From contig NIVC01001593.1 of assembly GCA_002269645.1 (NCBI GenBank), positions 115,960 through 179,959 of the forward strand: 64,000 nt of DNA. The letters are read 5' to 3'. Below the pieces are notes generated by a model that saw only the letters and a program-made list of their open reading frames with translations, made no database searches and was not told where the DNA came from. The position numbers were made by a program, and so were the translations under genes. The stretch comes from Macrostomum lignano. Lineage: Eukaryota. Numbering within the stretch: position 1 is the stretch's first letter; each line of letters starts with the position of its first letter. Positions 23,748 through 37,181 of this stretch are shown one piece after another.

Positions 23748-24539
23748 ATGGAGCTGAAACTGCAGCAAGTGATGGAGCGCCACGCCAAGCTGCCAGTCTG
23801 GTGTCTGAGCCGAGCAAACCTGGCCCTGGTAGCCGATCACCTGAACGCTCAGTCTGTGGCCACTCCAACCTGGGACGGTCGCGAGTACACAAGCGATCTG
23901 TTAGGCCTATTCGAGCTGCTCAACGTGCGCTATATGGAAGAGAAAGCCGAGCTCACTGAAAGCAATAGCAACTTGAACTGGGTGCTGCGCAAGTGGCTGC
24001 AATCGAGTCCGCAGCAGGCAACGCTGAGAAATTTATTCGAATGCCTGCGACTTCTACAGAGAACTGACATCATGCAGAGACTGGACTCGCGCCTGTTTGT
24101 CGAGTATTACCACGTTTACGTTGGCTATCATCAGAGCGACGCTGGCAAAGCGAAATGCTTGATTAAGAAGCTCAAACAGTTGGAGCCTCGGTGGATCCTG
24201 CTAGACAGCCAGATGGTGTCCTCAACTGACTTCCCCGTGTCTGACGTGGTTGATAGATGCTTCATTAGCGTCCTGCTGGTGTCTCAGCAGTACCTGGCAG
24301 AGTGTTCGGACTATTGGCGTCTGCTTATACAGCAGAAGTATCGCAATTATCCCACATTTTGCATCACAGTTGACGCGGCCACGGTCAGACACTTGCCGTC
24401 GGGAATGAAGCTGTTTCCAACGCTGTCCTGGAGCCTGCTGGAGCACACGCCGAACTTTTTTAGCCAGTTGCAGACTTGCGTGTCGAAAAGATCTCGAGCT
24501 GTCAGCTATAATCACCATCTTCTGGCTGGACAACCTTAA
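23748..24539 (+). CDS. MyD88: Divergent MyD88-like adaptor (death domain + TIR domain), intronless, 263 aa
   Basis: The N-half resembles the MyD88 death domain (PVWCLSRANLALVADHLN; DLLGLFELLNVRYMEEK; VLRKWLQSSPQQATLRNLFECLRLLQRTDIM). The C-half resembles a TIR domain (box 1 YHVYVGYHQSD vs FDAFICYCPSD; DRCFISVLLVSQQYL vs KRCRRMVVVVSDDYL; box 3 NFFSQL). Similarity was judged by eye, so the symbol is tentative. Confidence 0.72.
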   Translation: MELKLQQVMERHAKLPVWCLSRANLALVADHLNAQSVATPTWDGREYTSDLLGLFELLNVRYMEEKAELTESNSNLNWVLRKWLQSSPQQATLRNLFECLRLLQRTDIMQRLDSRLFVEYYHVYVGYHQSDAGKAKCLIKKLKQLEPRWILLDSQMVSSTDFPVSDVVDRCFISVLLVSQQYLAECSDYWRLLIQQKYRNYPTFCITVDAATVRHLPSGMKLFPTLSWSLLEHTPNFFSQLQTCVSKRSRAVSYNHHLLAGQP

Positions 24540-24661
24540 CTCTTCTCTAAGAAAACTTCTGATCTCAAGATTCTACTGAACGATTAACTGTTTTCATAGG
24601 TACAATTTAAGTGAGACAAGTACGCTTGTATAACTATTCTGTATGGAGATGAGGGAGAGAA

Positions 24662-24720
<59 letters not shown>

Positions 24721-25205
24721 ACAGAGGGTCTAGGGTCAGAGAGGGTAGACACAGAGGGTCTAGGGTCAGAGAGGGTAGACACAGAGGGTCTAGAGTCAGA
24801 GAGGGTAGACACAGAGGGTCTAGGGTCAGAGAGGATAGACACAGAGGGTCTAGGGTCAGAGAGGGTAGACACAGAGGGTCTAGGGTCAGAGAGGGTAGAC
24901 ACAGAGGGTCTAGGGTCAGAGAGGATAGACACAGAGGGTCTAGGGTCAGAGAGGGTAGACACAGAGGGTCTAGGGTCAGAGAGGGTAGACACAGAGGGTC
25001 TAGGTCAGAGAGTGGACACCGAGGATCTAGGGTCAGAGAGGGTATGCACAGAGGGTCTAGGGTCAGAGAGGGTAGACACAGAGAGTCTAGGGTCAGAGAG
25101 GGTAGACACAGAGGGTCTAGGTCAGAGAGTGGACACAGAGGGTCTAGGTCAGAGAGTGGACACAGAGGGTCTAGGTCAGGGATGGGAGGACACGGAGGGT
25201 CTAGG
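24662..25205. repeat. (GA)n microsatellite followed by a 30-bp minisatellite (ACACAGAGGGTCTAGGGTCAGAGAGGGTAG)
   Basis: Seen directly; explains the DTEGLGSERV and STLSDPRPSV ORFs. Confidence 0.93.
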
Positions 25206-25667
25206 ATAGGTAGGTGGACAAAGCTGTTTAAGAGCAGAATTTGTTGTAGGAAATTTTTCGAAAAGCGATCTTAGTTTTTTATTACCTTAGATTTGTCTGA
25301 CCGTGGCTAGTATGTCCGTTTATTTTTGTCACTTCGTTGTAACAAAATACACTCGCTTATAAAGTTAAGCCATTCTGGAATGCCCATTATCTATCACCTG
25401 CCGATTACGCGAATCGAATATTTTTTCTGACCTGTCACAATATTTGCGATCAGCGATGAAGGCCGGAGAGCAGCTCTTTATACTGTTTGCTTACCTTATC
25501 TTGTTTGTCGCTAATAACTTTATGGAAGCGGCTGGCTTTTGTGCATCAGAGCAGTTCTCCCGCAGTGCGACTTAAGCTGGCAGCCAGGTTCCAACGATAA
25601 TTGGTCTGATCTTTAACGTACCTTTCCCACTCAATGCTGACAGAACTCACTCAACTTTACGCCTATA

Positions 25668-26027
25668 AATCTGTCAGGCCAATCTGTCAGGCCATCTGTC
25701 AGGCCAATCTGTCAGGCAGCCAATCTGTCAGGCCAATCTGTCAGGCCAATCTGTCAGGCCAATCTGTCAGGCCAATCTGTCAGACCAATCTGTTAGGCCA
25801 ATCTGTCAGGCAGCCAATCTGTCAGGCCAATCTGTCAGGCAGCCAATCTGTCAGGCCAATCTGTCAGGCAGCCAATCTGTCAGGCAGCCAATCTGTCAAG
25901 CCAATCTGTCAGGCAGCCAATCTGTCAAGCCAATCTGTCAGGCAGCCAATCTGTAAGGCAGCCAATCTGTCAGGCAGCCAATCTGTCAGGCCAATCTGTC
26001 AGGCCAATCTGTCAGGCCAATCTGTCG
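25668..26027. repeat. 13/17-bp minisatellite (CCAATCTGTCAGG[CAG])
   Basis: Seen directly; explains ORF 25634-26239. Confidence 0.9.
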
Positions 26028-26864
26028 GAAAAAAATCCGACAGTCAGAAAAATCCAAGCCGATCGCACTGGATCTCTCCAGTCTCGGCATTAGGATGGAG
26101 TAGCTGTTCACGTGTCTCTAGTACTCGGAACGCCCATATTCTCGCACACAAACATCCCAAAATATTTTATGGCCAGCAGCCCCTGGGGTTTGTACTTGTA
26201 TGGCATCATTATATGTTAGCTCAGTCGCAACCGGATTAGCGCATCTGCATATCAAATCTGTGCAGTCACTACGGGCCGATGTACTTCCTGCTTCATTAGC
26301 ATTGTTTGGATGAGCAAAAGGCAGGGCGTGACGGCTATGCAGGAATCCAGCCAGCTAGCCAGCTTCTTCTCTTCATCAACCTCCTACAGGCTGGTCAGCT
26401 GAGCGCTGTTGGCTGCTCTCCTCCATCATCCACGTGTTTTCCTTTCGCTTTCCAACTTTACAAGAAGCAGCAATCAGTGCTCGCAGGCCGCAGCTGGCTG
26501 CTTTAAGTCTCGGCCTTGTGCAACATCCCGCTTATTGCCGTGAGCACAGGTAAAGCTCAGGCTGTTGGCACTTGTTTCGAAGAGAAGCTTTTCTAGCGAA
26601 TTCCGTCCCTCCTACCTACCTGCTCCATAGCGCTTGCCCATTCCTCTCTTCGGGATGTGATTTGCTTTGATCTCAACCTCCCCCCCCCCTGTCTCCCCAC
26701 CTCTTTATCCATATTCATGCTTAAAATTGCCGCCCAGCAGAGCCAACGCCAAGCATCGAATTGCTCGGGTTGATTCCGGCTTGAGCCAGCAGGTAAGCTC
26801 GAGCCTCACGCAACAGTGTACGAGTATGTACTTTATTTGTATTTCAGCTGAATTTAGGAGAGGC

Positions 26865-29800
26865 ACTAGAGAGACTGTGTACCAAGGACTTCTTAGACTA
26901 ACTAGAGAGGGACTGTGTACCAAGGACTTCTTAGACTAACTAGAGATGGATTGTGTACCAAGGACTTCTTAGACTAACTAGAGATGGATTGTGTACCAAG
27001 GACTTCTTAGACTAACTAGAGAGGGACTGTGTACCAAGGACTTCTTAGACTAACTAGAGATGGATTGTGTACCAAGGACTTCTTAGACTAACTAGAGAGG
27101 GACTGTGTACCAAGGACTTCTTAGACTAACTAGAGAGGGACTGTGTACCAAGGACTTCTTAGACTAACTAGAGAGGGATTGTGTACCAAGGACTTCTTAG
27201 ACTAACTAGAGAGGGATTGTGTACCAAGGACTTCTTAGACTAACTAGAGAGGGACTGTGTACCAAGGACTTCTTAGACTAACTAGAGAGGGACTGTGTAC
27301 CAAGGACTTCTTAGACTAACTAGAGATGGATTGTGTACCAAGGACTTCTTAGACTAACTAGAGAGGGACTGTGTACCAAGGACTTCTTAGACTAACTATA
27401 GAGGGACTGTGTACCAAGGACTTCTTAGACTAACTAGAGAGGGACTGTGTACCAAGGACTTCTTAGACTAACTAGAGAGGGACTGTGTACCAAGGACTTC
27501 TTAGACTAACTAGAGAGGGACTGTGTACCAAGGACTTCTTAGACTAACTAGAGAGGGATTGTGTACCAAGGACTTCTTAGACTAACTAGAGAGGGACTGT
27601 GTACCAAGGACTTCTTAGACTAACTATAGAGGGACTGTGTACCAAGGACTTTTTAGACTAACTAGAGAGGGACTGTGTACCAAGGACTTCTTAGACTAAC
27701 TATAGAGGGACTGTGTACCAAGGACTTCTTAGACTAACTAGAGAGGGACTGTGTACCAAGGACTTCTTAGACTAACTAGAGATGGATTGTGTACCAAGGA
27801 CTTCTTAGACTAACTAGAGAGGGACTGTGTACCAAGGACTTCTTAGACTAACTAGAGATGGATTGTGTACCAAGGACTTCTTAGACTAACTAGAGAGGGA
27901 CTGTGTACCAAGGACTTCTTAGACTAACTAGAGAGGGACTGTGTACCAAGGACTTCTTAGACTAACTAGAGAGGGACTGTGTACCAAGGACTTCTTAGAC
28001 TAACTAGAGAGGGACTGTGTACCAAGGACTTCTTAGACTAACTAGAGATGGATTGTGTACCAAGGACTTCTTAGACTAACTAGAGAGGGACTGTGTACCA
28101 AGGACTTCTTAGACTAACTATAGAGGGACTGTGTACCAAGGACTTCTTAGACTAACTAGAGAGGGACTGTGTACCAAGGACTTCTTAGACTAACTAGAGA
28201 GGGACTGTGTACCAAGGACTTCTTAGACTAACTAGAGAGGGACTGTGTACTAAGGACTTCTTAGACTAACTAGAGAGGGACTGTGTACCAAGGACTTCTT
28301 AGACTAACTAGAGATGGATTGTGTACCAAGGACTTCTTAGACTAACTAGAGAGGGACTGTGTACCAAGGACTTCTTAGACTAACTATAGAGGGACTGTGT
28401 ACCAAGGACTTCTTAGACTAACTAGAGAGGGACTGTGTACCAAGGACTTCTTAGACTAACTAGAGAGGGACTGTGTACCAAGGACTTCTTAGACTAACTA
28501 GAGAGGGACTGTGTACCAAGGACTTCTTAGACTAACTAGAGAGGGACTGTGTACCAAGGACTTCTTAGACTAACTAGAGAGGGACTGTGTACCAAGGACT
28601 TCTTAGACTAACTATAGAGGGACTGTGTACCAAGGACTTCTTAGACTAACTAGAGAGGGACTGTGTACCAAGGACTTCTTAGACTAACTATAGAGGGACT
28701 GTGTACCAAGGACTTCTTAGACTAACTAGAGAGGGACTGTGTACCAAGGACTTCTTAGACTAACTAGAGAGGATTGTGTACCAAGGACTTCTTAGACTAA
28801 CTAGAGAGGGACTGTGTACCAAGGACTTCTTAGACTAACTAGAGAGGATGTGTACCAAGGACTTCTTAGACTAACTAGAGAGGGACTGTGTACCAAGGAC
28901 TTCTTAGACTAACTAGAGAGGGACTGTGTACCAAGGACTTCTTAGACTAACTAGAGAGGGACTGTGTACCAAGGACTTCTTAGACTAACTAGAGAGGGAC
29001 TGTGTACCAAGGACTTCTTAGACTAACTAGAGAGGATTGTGTACCAAGGACTTCTTAGACTAACTAGAGAGGGACTGTGTACCAAGGACTTCTTAGACTA
29101 ACTATAGAGGGACTGTGTACCAAGGACTTCTTAGACTAACTAGAGAGGGACTGTGTACCAAGGACTTCTTAGACTAACTAGAGAGGGACTGTGTACCAAG
29201 GACTTCTTAGACTAACTAGAGAGGGACTGTGTACCAAGGACTTCTTAGACTAACTAGAGAGGGATGTGTACCAAGGACTTCTTAGACTAACTAGAGAGGG
29301 ACTGTGTACCAAGGACTTCTTAGACTAACTAGAGAGGGACTGTGTACCAAGGACTTCTTAGACTAACTAGAGAGGGACTGTGTACCAAGGACTTCTTAGA
29401 CTAACTAGAGAGGACTGTGTACCAAGGACTTCTTAGACTAACTAGAGAGGGACTGTGTACCAAGGACTTCTTAGACTAACTAGAGAGGATTGTGTACCAA
29501 GGACTTCTTAGACTAACTAGAGAGGGACTGTGTACCAAGGACTTCTTAGACTAACTAGAGAGGGACTGTGTACCAAGGACTTCTTAGACTAACTAGAGAG
29601 GGATTGTGTACCAAGGACTTCTTAGACTAACTAGAGAGGGATGTGTACCAAGGACTTCTTAGACTAACTAGAGAGGGACTGTGTACCAAGGACTTCTTAG
29701 ACTAACTAGAGAGGATTGTGTACCAAGGACTTCTTAGACTAACTAGAGAGGGACTGTGTACCAAGGACTTCTTAGACTAACTAGAGAGGGATTGTGTACC

Positions 29801-32800
29801 AAGGACTTCTTAGACTAACTAGAGAGGGATTGTGTACCAAGGACTTCTTAGACTAACTAGAGAGGGACTGTGTACCAAGGACTTCTTAGACTAACTAGAG
29901 AGGGACTGTGTACCAAGGACTTCTTAGACTAACTAGAGAGGACTGTGTACCAAGGACTTCTTAGACTAACTAGAGAGGGACTGTGTACCAAGGACTTCTT
30001 AGACTAACTAGAGAGGGACTGTGTACCAAGGACTTCTTAGACTAACTAGAGAGGGACTGTGTACCAAGGACTTCTTAGACTAACTAGAGAGGGACTGTGT
30101 ACCAAGGACTTCTTAGACTAACTAGAGAGGGACTGTGTACCAAGGACTTCTTAGACTAACTAGAGAGGGATTGTGTACCAAGGACTTCTTAGACTAACTA
30201 GAGAGGGACTGTGTACCAAGGACTTCTTAGACTAACTATAGAGGGACTGTGTACCAAGGACTTCTTAGACTAACTAGAGAGGGACTGTGTACCAAGGACT
30301 TCTTAGACTAACTAGAGAGGGACTGTGTACCAAGGACTTCTTAGACTAACTAGAGAGGATGTGTACCAAGGACTTCTTAGACTAACTAGAGAGGGACTGT
30401 GTACCAAGGACTTCTTAGACTAACTAGAGAGGGATGTGTACCAAGGACTTCTTAGACTAACTAGAGAGGGACTGTGTACCAAGGACTTCTTAGACTAACT
30501 AGAGAGGGACTGTGTACCAAGGACTTCTTAGACTAACTAGAGAGGGACTGTGTACCAAGGACTTCTTAGACTAACTAGAGAGGGACTGTGTACCAAGGAC
30601 TTCTTAGACTAACTAGAGAGGACTGTGTACCAAGGACTTCTTAGACTAACTAGAGAGGGACTGTGTACCAAGGACTTCTTAGACTAACTAGAGAGGGACT
30701 GTGTACCAAGGACTTCTTAGACTAACTAGAGAGGGACTGTGTACCAAGGACTTCTTAGACTAACTAGAGAGGGACTGTGTACCAAGGACTTCTTAGACTA
30801 ACTAGAGAGGGACTGTGTACCAAGGACTTCTTAGACTAACTAGAGAGGGATGTGTACCAAGGACTTCTTAGACTAACTAGAGAGGGACTGTGTACCAAGG
30901 ACTTCTTAGACTAACTAGAGAGGGACTGTGTACCAAGGACTTCTTAGACTAACTAGAGAGGGACTGTGTACCAAGGACTTCTTAGACTAACTAGAGAGGG
31001 ACTGTGTACCAAGGACTTCTTAGACTAACTAGAGAGGGACTGTGTACCAAGGACTTCTTAGACTAACTAGAGAGGATTGTGTACCAAGGACTTCTTAGAC
31101 TAACTAGAGAGGGACTGTGTACCAAGGACTTCTTAGACTAACTAGAGAGGGACTGTGTACCAAGGACTTCTTAGACTAACTAGAGAGGGATGTGTACCAA
31201 GGACTTCTTAGACTAACTAGAGAGGGATGTGTACCAAGGACTTCTTAGACTAACTAGAGAGGGACTGTGTACCAAGGACTTCTTAGACTAACTAGAGAGG
31301 ATTGTGTACCAAGGACTTCTTAGACTAACTAGAGAGGGACTGTGTACCAAGGACTTCTTAGACTAACTAGAGAGGGACTGTGTACCAAGGACTTCTTAGA
31401 CTAACTAGAGAGGGATGTGTACCAAGGACTTCTTAGACTAACTAGAGAGGGACTGTGTACCAAGGACTTCTTAGACTAACTAGAGAGGGACTGTGTACCA
31501 AGGACTTCTTAGACTAACTAGAGAGGGATGTGTACCAAGGACTTCTTAGACTAACTAGAGAGGGACTGTGTACCAAGGACTTCTTAGACTAACTAGAGAG
31601 GGACTGTGTACCAAGGACTTCTTAGACTAACTAGAGAGGGACTGTGTACCAAGGACTTCTTAGACTAACTAGAGAGGGACTGTGTACCAAGGACTTCTTA
31701 GACTAACTAGAGAGGGACTGTGTACCAAGGACTTCTTAGACTAACTAGAGAGGGACTGTGTACCAAGGACTTCTTAGACTAACTAGAGAGGGACTGTGTA
31801 CCAAGGACTTCTTAGACTAACTAGAGAGGGACTGTGTACCAAGGACTTCTTAGACTAACTAGAGAGGGACTGTGTACCAAGGACTTCTTAGACTAACTAG
31901 AGAGGGACTGTGTACCAAGGACTTCTTAGACTAACTAGAGAGGGACTGTGTACCAAGGACTTCTTAGACTAACTAGAGAGGGATTGTGTACCAAGGACTT
32001 CTTAGACTAACTAGAGAGGGACTGTGTACCAAGGACTTCTTAGACTAACTAGAGAGGGACTGTGTACCAAGGACTTCTTAGACTAACTAGAGAGGGACTG
32101 TGTACCAAGGACTTCTTAGACTAACTAGAGAGGGACTGTGTACCAAGGACTTCTTAGACTAACTAGAGAGGGACTGTGTACCAAGGACTTCTTAGACTAA
32201 CTAGAGAGGGACTGTGTACCAAGGACTTCTTAGACTAACTAGAGAGGGACTGTGTACCAAGGACTTCTTAGACTAACTAGAGAGGGACTGTGTACCAAGG
32301 ACTTCTTAGACTAACTAGAGAGGGACTGTGTACCAAGGACTTCTTAGACTAACTAGAGAGGGACTGTGTACCAAGGACTTCTTAGACTAACTAGAGAGGG
32401 ACTGTGTACCAAGGACTTCTTAGACTAACTAGAGAGGGACTGTGTACCAAGGACTTCTTAGACTAACTAGAGAGGGACTGTGTACCAAGGACTTCTTAGA
32501 CTAACTAGAGAGGGACTGTGTACCAAGGACTTCTTAGACTAACTAGAGAGGGACTGTGTACCAAGGACTTCTTAGACTAACTAGAGAGGGACTGTGTACC
32601 AAGGACTTCTTAGACTAACTAGAGAGGGACTGTGTACCAAGGACTTCTTAGACTAACTAGAGAGGGACTGTGTACCAAGGACTTCTTAGACTAACTAGAG
32701 AGGGACTGTGTACCAAGGACTTCTTAGACTAACTAGAGAGGGACTGTGTACCAAGGACTTCTTAGACTAACTAGAGAGGGACTGTGTACCAAGGACTTCT

Positions 32801-35800
32801 TAGACTAACTAGAGAGGGATGTGTACCAAGGACTTCTTAGACTAACTAGAGAGGGACTGTGTACCAAGGACTTCTTAGACTAACTAGAGAGGGACTGTGT
32901 ACCAAGGACTTCTTAGACTAACTAGAGAGGGACTGTGTACCAAGGACTTCTTAGACTAACTAGAGAGGGACTGTGTACCAAGGACTTCTTAGACTAACTA
33001 GAGAGGGACTGTGTACCAAGGACTTCTTAGACTAACTAGAGAGGGATGTGTACCAAGGACTTCTTAGACTAACTAGAGAGGGACTGTGTACCAAGGACTT
33101 CTTAGACTAACTAGAGAGGGACTGTGTACCAAGGACTTCTTAGACTAACTAGAGAGGGACTGTGTACCAAGGACTTCTTAGACTAACTAGAGAGGGACTG
33201 TGTACCAAGGACTTCTTAGACTAACTAGAGAGGGACTGTGTACCAAGGACTTCTTAGACTAACTAGAGAGGGACTGTGTACCAAGGACTTCTTAGACTAA
33301 CTAGAGAGGGACTGTGTACCAAGGACTTCTTAGACTAACTAGAGAGGGACTGTGTACCAAGGACTTCTTAGACTAACTAGAGAGGGACTGTGTACCAAGG
33401 ACTTCTTAGACTAACTAGAGAGGGACTGTGTACCAAGGACTTCTTAGACTAACTAGAGAGGGACTGTGTACCAAGGACTTCTTAGACTAACTAGAGAGGG
33501 ACTGTGTACCAAGGACTTCTTAGACTAACTAGAGAGGGACTGTGTACCAAGGACTTCTTAGACTAACTAGAGAGGGACTGTGTACCAAGGACTTCTTAGA
33601 CTAACTAGAGAGGGACTGTGTACCAAGGACTTCTTAGACTAACTAGAGAGGGACTGTGTACCAAGGACTTCTTAGACTAACTAGAGAGGGACTGTGTACC
33701 AAGGACTTCTTAGACTAACTAGAGAGGGACTGTGTACCAAGGACTTCTTAGACTAACTAGAGAGGGACTGTGTACCAAGGACTTCTTAGACTAACTAGAG
33801 AGGGACTGTGTACCAAGGACTTCTTAGACTAACTAGAGAGGGACTGTGTACCAAGGACTTCTTAGACTAACTAGAGAGGGACTGTGTACCAAGGACTTCT
33901 TAGACTAACTAGAGAGGGACTGTGTACCAAGGACTTCTTAGACTAACTAGAGAGGGACTGTGTACCAAGGACTTCTTAGACTAACTAGAGAGGGACTGTG
34001 TACCAAGGACTTCTTAGACTAACTAGAGAGGGACTGTGTACCAAGGACTTCTTAGACTAACTAGAGAGGGACTGTGTACCAAGGACTTCTTAGACTAACT
34101 AGAGAGGGACTGTGTACCAAGGACTTCTTAGACTAACTAGAGAGGGACTGTGTACCAAGGACTTCTTAGACTAACTAGAGAGGGATGTGTACCAAGGACT
34201 TCTTAGACTAACTAGAGAGGGACTGTGTACCAAGGACTTCTTAGACTAACTAGAGAGGGACTGTGTACCAAGGACTTCTTAGACTAACTAGAGAGGGACT
34301 GTGTACCAAGGACTTCTTAGACTAACTAGAGAGGGACTGTGTACCAAGGACTTCTTAGACTAACTAGAGAGGGACTGTGTACCAAGGACTTCTTAGACTA
34401 ACTAGAGAGGGATGTGTACCAAGGACTTCTTAGACTAACTAGAGAGGGACTGTGTACCAAGGACTTCTTAGACTAACTAGAGAGGGACTGTGTACCAAGG
34501 ACTTCTTAGACTAACTAGAGAGGGACTGTGTACCAAGGACTTCTTAGACTAACTAGAGAGGGACTGTGTACCAAGGACTTCTTAGACTAACTAGAGAGGG
34601 ACTGTGTACCAAGGACTTCTTAGACTAACTAGAGAGGGACTGTGTACCAAGGACTTCTTAGACTAACTAGAGAGGGACTGTGTACCAAGGACTTCTTAGA
34701 CTAACTAGAGAGGGACTGTGTACCAAGGACTTCTTAGACTAACTAGAGAGGGACTGTGTACCAAGGACTTCTTAGACTAACTAGAGAGGGACTGTGTACC
34801 AAGGACTTCTTAGACTAACTAGAGAGGGACTGTGTACCAAGGACTTCTTAGACTAACTAGAGAGGGACTGTGTACCAAGGACTTCTTAGACTAACTAGAG
34901 AGGGACTGTGTACCAAGGACTTCTTAGACTAACTAGAGAGGGACTGTGTACCAAGGACTTCTTAGACTAACTAGAGAGGGACTGTGTACCAAGGACTTCT
35001 TAGACTAACTAGAGAGGGACTGTGTACCAAGGACTTCTTAGACTAACTAGAGAGGGACTGTGTACCAAGGACTTCTTAGACTAACTAGAGAGGGACTGTG
35101 TACCAAGGACTTCTTAGACTAACTAGAGAGGGACTGTGTACCAAGGACTTCTTAGACTAACTAGAGAGGGACTGTGTACCAAGGACTTCTTAGACTAACT
35201 AGAGAGGGACTGTGTACCAAGGACTTCTTAGACTAACTAGAGAGGGACTGTGTACCAAGGACTTCTTAGACTAACTAGAGAGGGACTGTGTACCAAGGAC
35301 TTCTTAGACTAACTAGAGAGGGACTGTGTACCAAGGACTTCTTAGACTAACTAGAGAGGGACTGTGTACCAAGGACTTCTTAGACTAACTAGAGAGGGAC
35401 TGTGTACCAAGGACTTCTTAGACTAACTAGAGAGGGACTGTGTACCAAGGACTTCTTAGACTAACTAGAGAGGGACTGTGTACCAAGGACTTCTTAGACT
35501 AACTAGAGAGGGACTGTGTACCAAGGACTTCTTAGACTAACTAGAGAGGGACTGTGTACCAAGGACTTCTTAGACTAACTAGAGAGGGACTGTGTACCAA
35601 GGACTTCTTAGACTAACTAGAGAGGGACTGTGTACCAAGGACTTCTTAGACTAACTAGAGAGGGACTGTGTACCAAGGACTTCTTAGACTAACTAGAGAG
35701 GGACTGTGTACCAAGGACTTCTTAGACTAACTAGAGAGGGACTGTGTACCAAGGACTTCTTAGACTAACTAGAGAGGGACTGTGTACCAAGGACTTCTTA

Positions 35801-37020
35801 GACTAACTAGAGAGGGACTGTGTACCAAGGACTTCTTAGACTAACTAGAGAGGGACTGTGTACCAAGGACTTCTTAGACTAACTAGAGAGGGACTGTGTA
35901 CCAAGGACTTCTTAGACTAACTAGAGAGGGACTGTGTACCAAGGACTTCTTAGACTAACTAGAGAGGGACTGTGTACCAAGGACTTCTTAGACTAACTAG
36001 AGAGGGACTGTGTACCAAGGACTTCTTAGACTAACTAGAGAGGGACTGTGTACCAAGGACTTCTTAGACTAACTAGAGAGGACTGTGTACCAAGGACTTC
36101 TTAGACTAACTAGAGAGGGACTGTGTACCAAGGACTTCTTAGACTAACTAGAGAGGGACTGTGTACCAAGGACTTCTTAGACTAACTAGAGAGGGACTGT
36201 GTACCAAGGACTTCTTAGACTAACTAGAGAGGGACTGTGTACCAAGGACTTCTTAGACTAACTAGAGAGGGACTGTGTACCAAGGACTTCTTAGACTAAC
36301 TAGAGAGGGACTGTGTACCAAGGACTTCTTAGACTAACTAGAGAGGGACTGTGTACCAAGGACTTCTTAGACTAACTAGAGAGGGACTGTGTACCAAGGA
36401 CTTCTTAGACTAACTAGAGAGGGACTGTGTACCAAGGACTTCTTAGACTAACTAGAGAGGGACTGTGTACCAAGGACTTCTTAGACTAACTATAGAGGGA
36501 CTGTGTACCAAGGACTTCTTAGACTAACTAGAGAGGGACTGTGTACCAAGGACTTCTTAGACTAACTAGAGAGGACTGTGTACCAAGGACTTCTTAGACT
36601 AACTAGAGATGGATTGTGTACCAAGGACTTCTTAGACTAACTAGAGAGGGACTGTGTACCAAGGACTTCTTAGACTAACTAGAGAGGGACTGTGTACCAA
36701 GGACTTCTTAGACTAACTAGAGAGGGACTGTGTACCAAGGACTTCTTAGACTAACTAGAGAGGGACTGTGTACCAAGGACTTCTTAGACTAACTAGAGAG
36801 GGACTGTGTACCAAGGACTTCTTAGACTAACTAGAGAGGGACTGTGTACCAAGGACTTCTTAGACTAACTAGAGAGGGACTGTGTACCAAGGACTTCTTA
36901 GACTAACTAGAGAGGGACTGTGTACCAAGGACTTCTTAGACTAACTAGAGAGGACTGCTTAGACTAACTAGAGAGACTGACTTAGACTAACTAGAGAGGG
37001 ACTGCGTACCAAGGACTTCT
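26865..37020. repeat. 38-bp satellite array (ACTGTGTACCAAGGACTTCTTAGACTAACTAGAGAGGG), ~10.1 kb, roughly 265 copies
   Basis: Period of 38 measured directly (e.g. 32171 to 32209). No spacers, no CpG in the unit, and no ORF of 60 aa or more in the ORF track. Confidence 0.98.
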
Positions 37021-37181
37021 AGTCTAGGGGGACAGAGAGACGCTACCAAGTATCTCATTTCAAATCTCACCTCATCTGTAACTCTGCCACCTGGCCAACA
37101 GCTTTTTCTCTCTCTCTCCCCATTCTCCTCTCTGCCGCTCCCAAACGACAACAGCAGCAGGTCTAGAAGGTCCCCATCGTC

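Noticed and set aside
26865-37020. 38-bp repeats as a CRISPR array
   Set aside because: The repeats are head-to-tail with no unique spacers, there are no cas genes, and the context is eukaryotic with spliceosomal introns.
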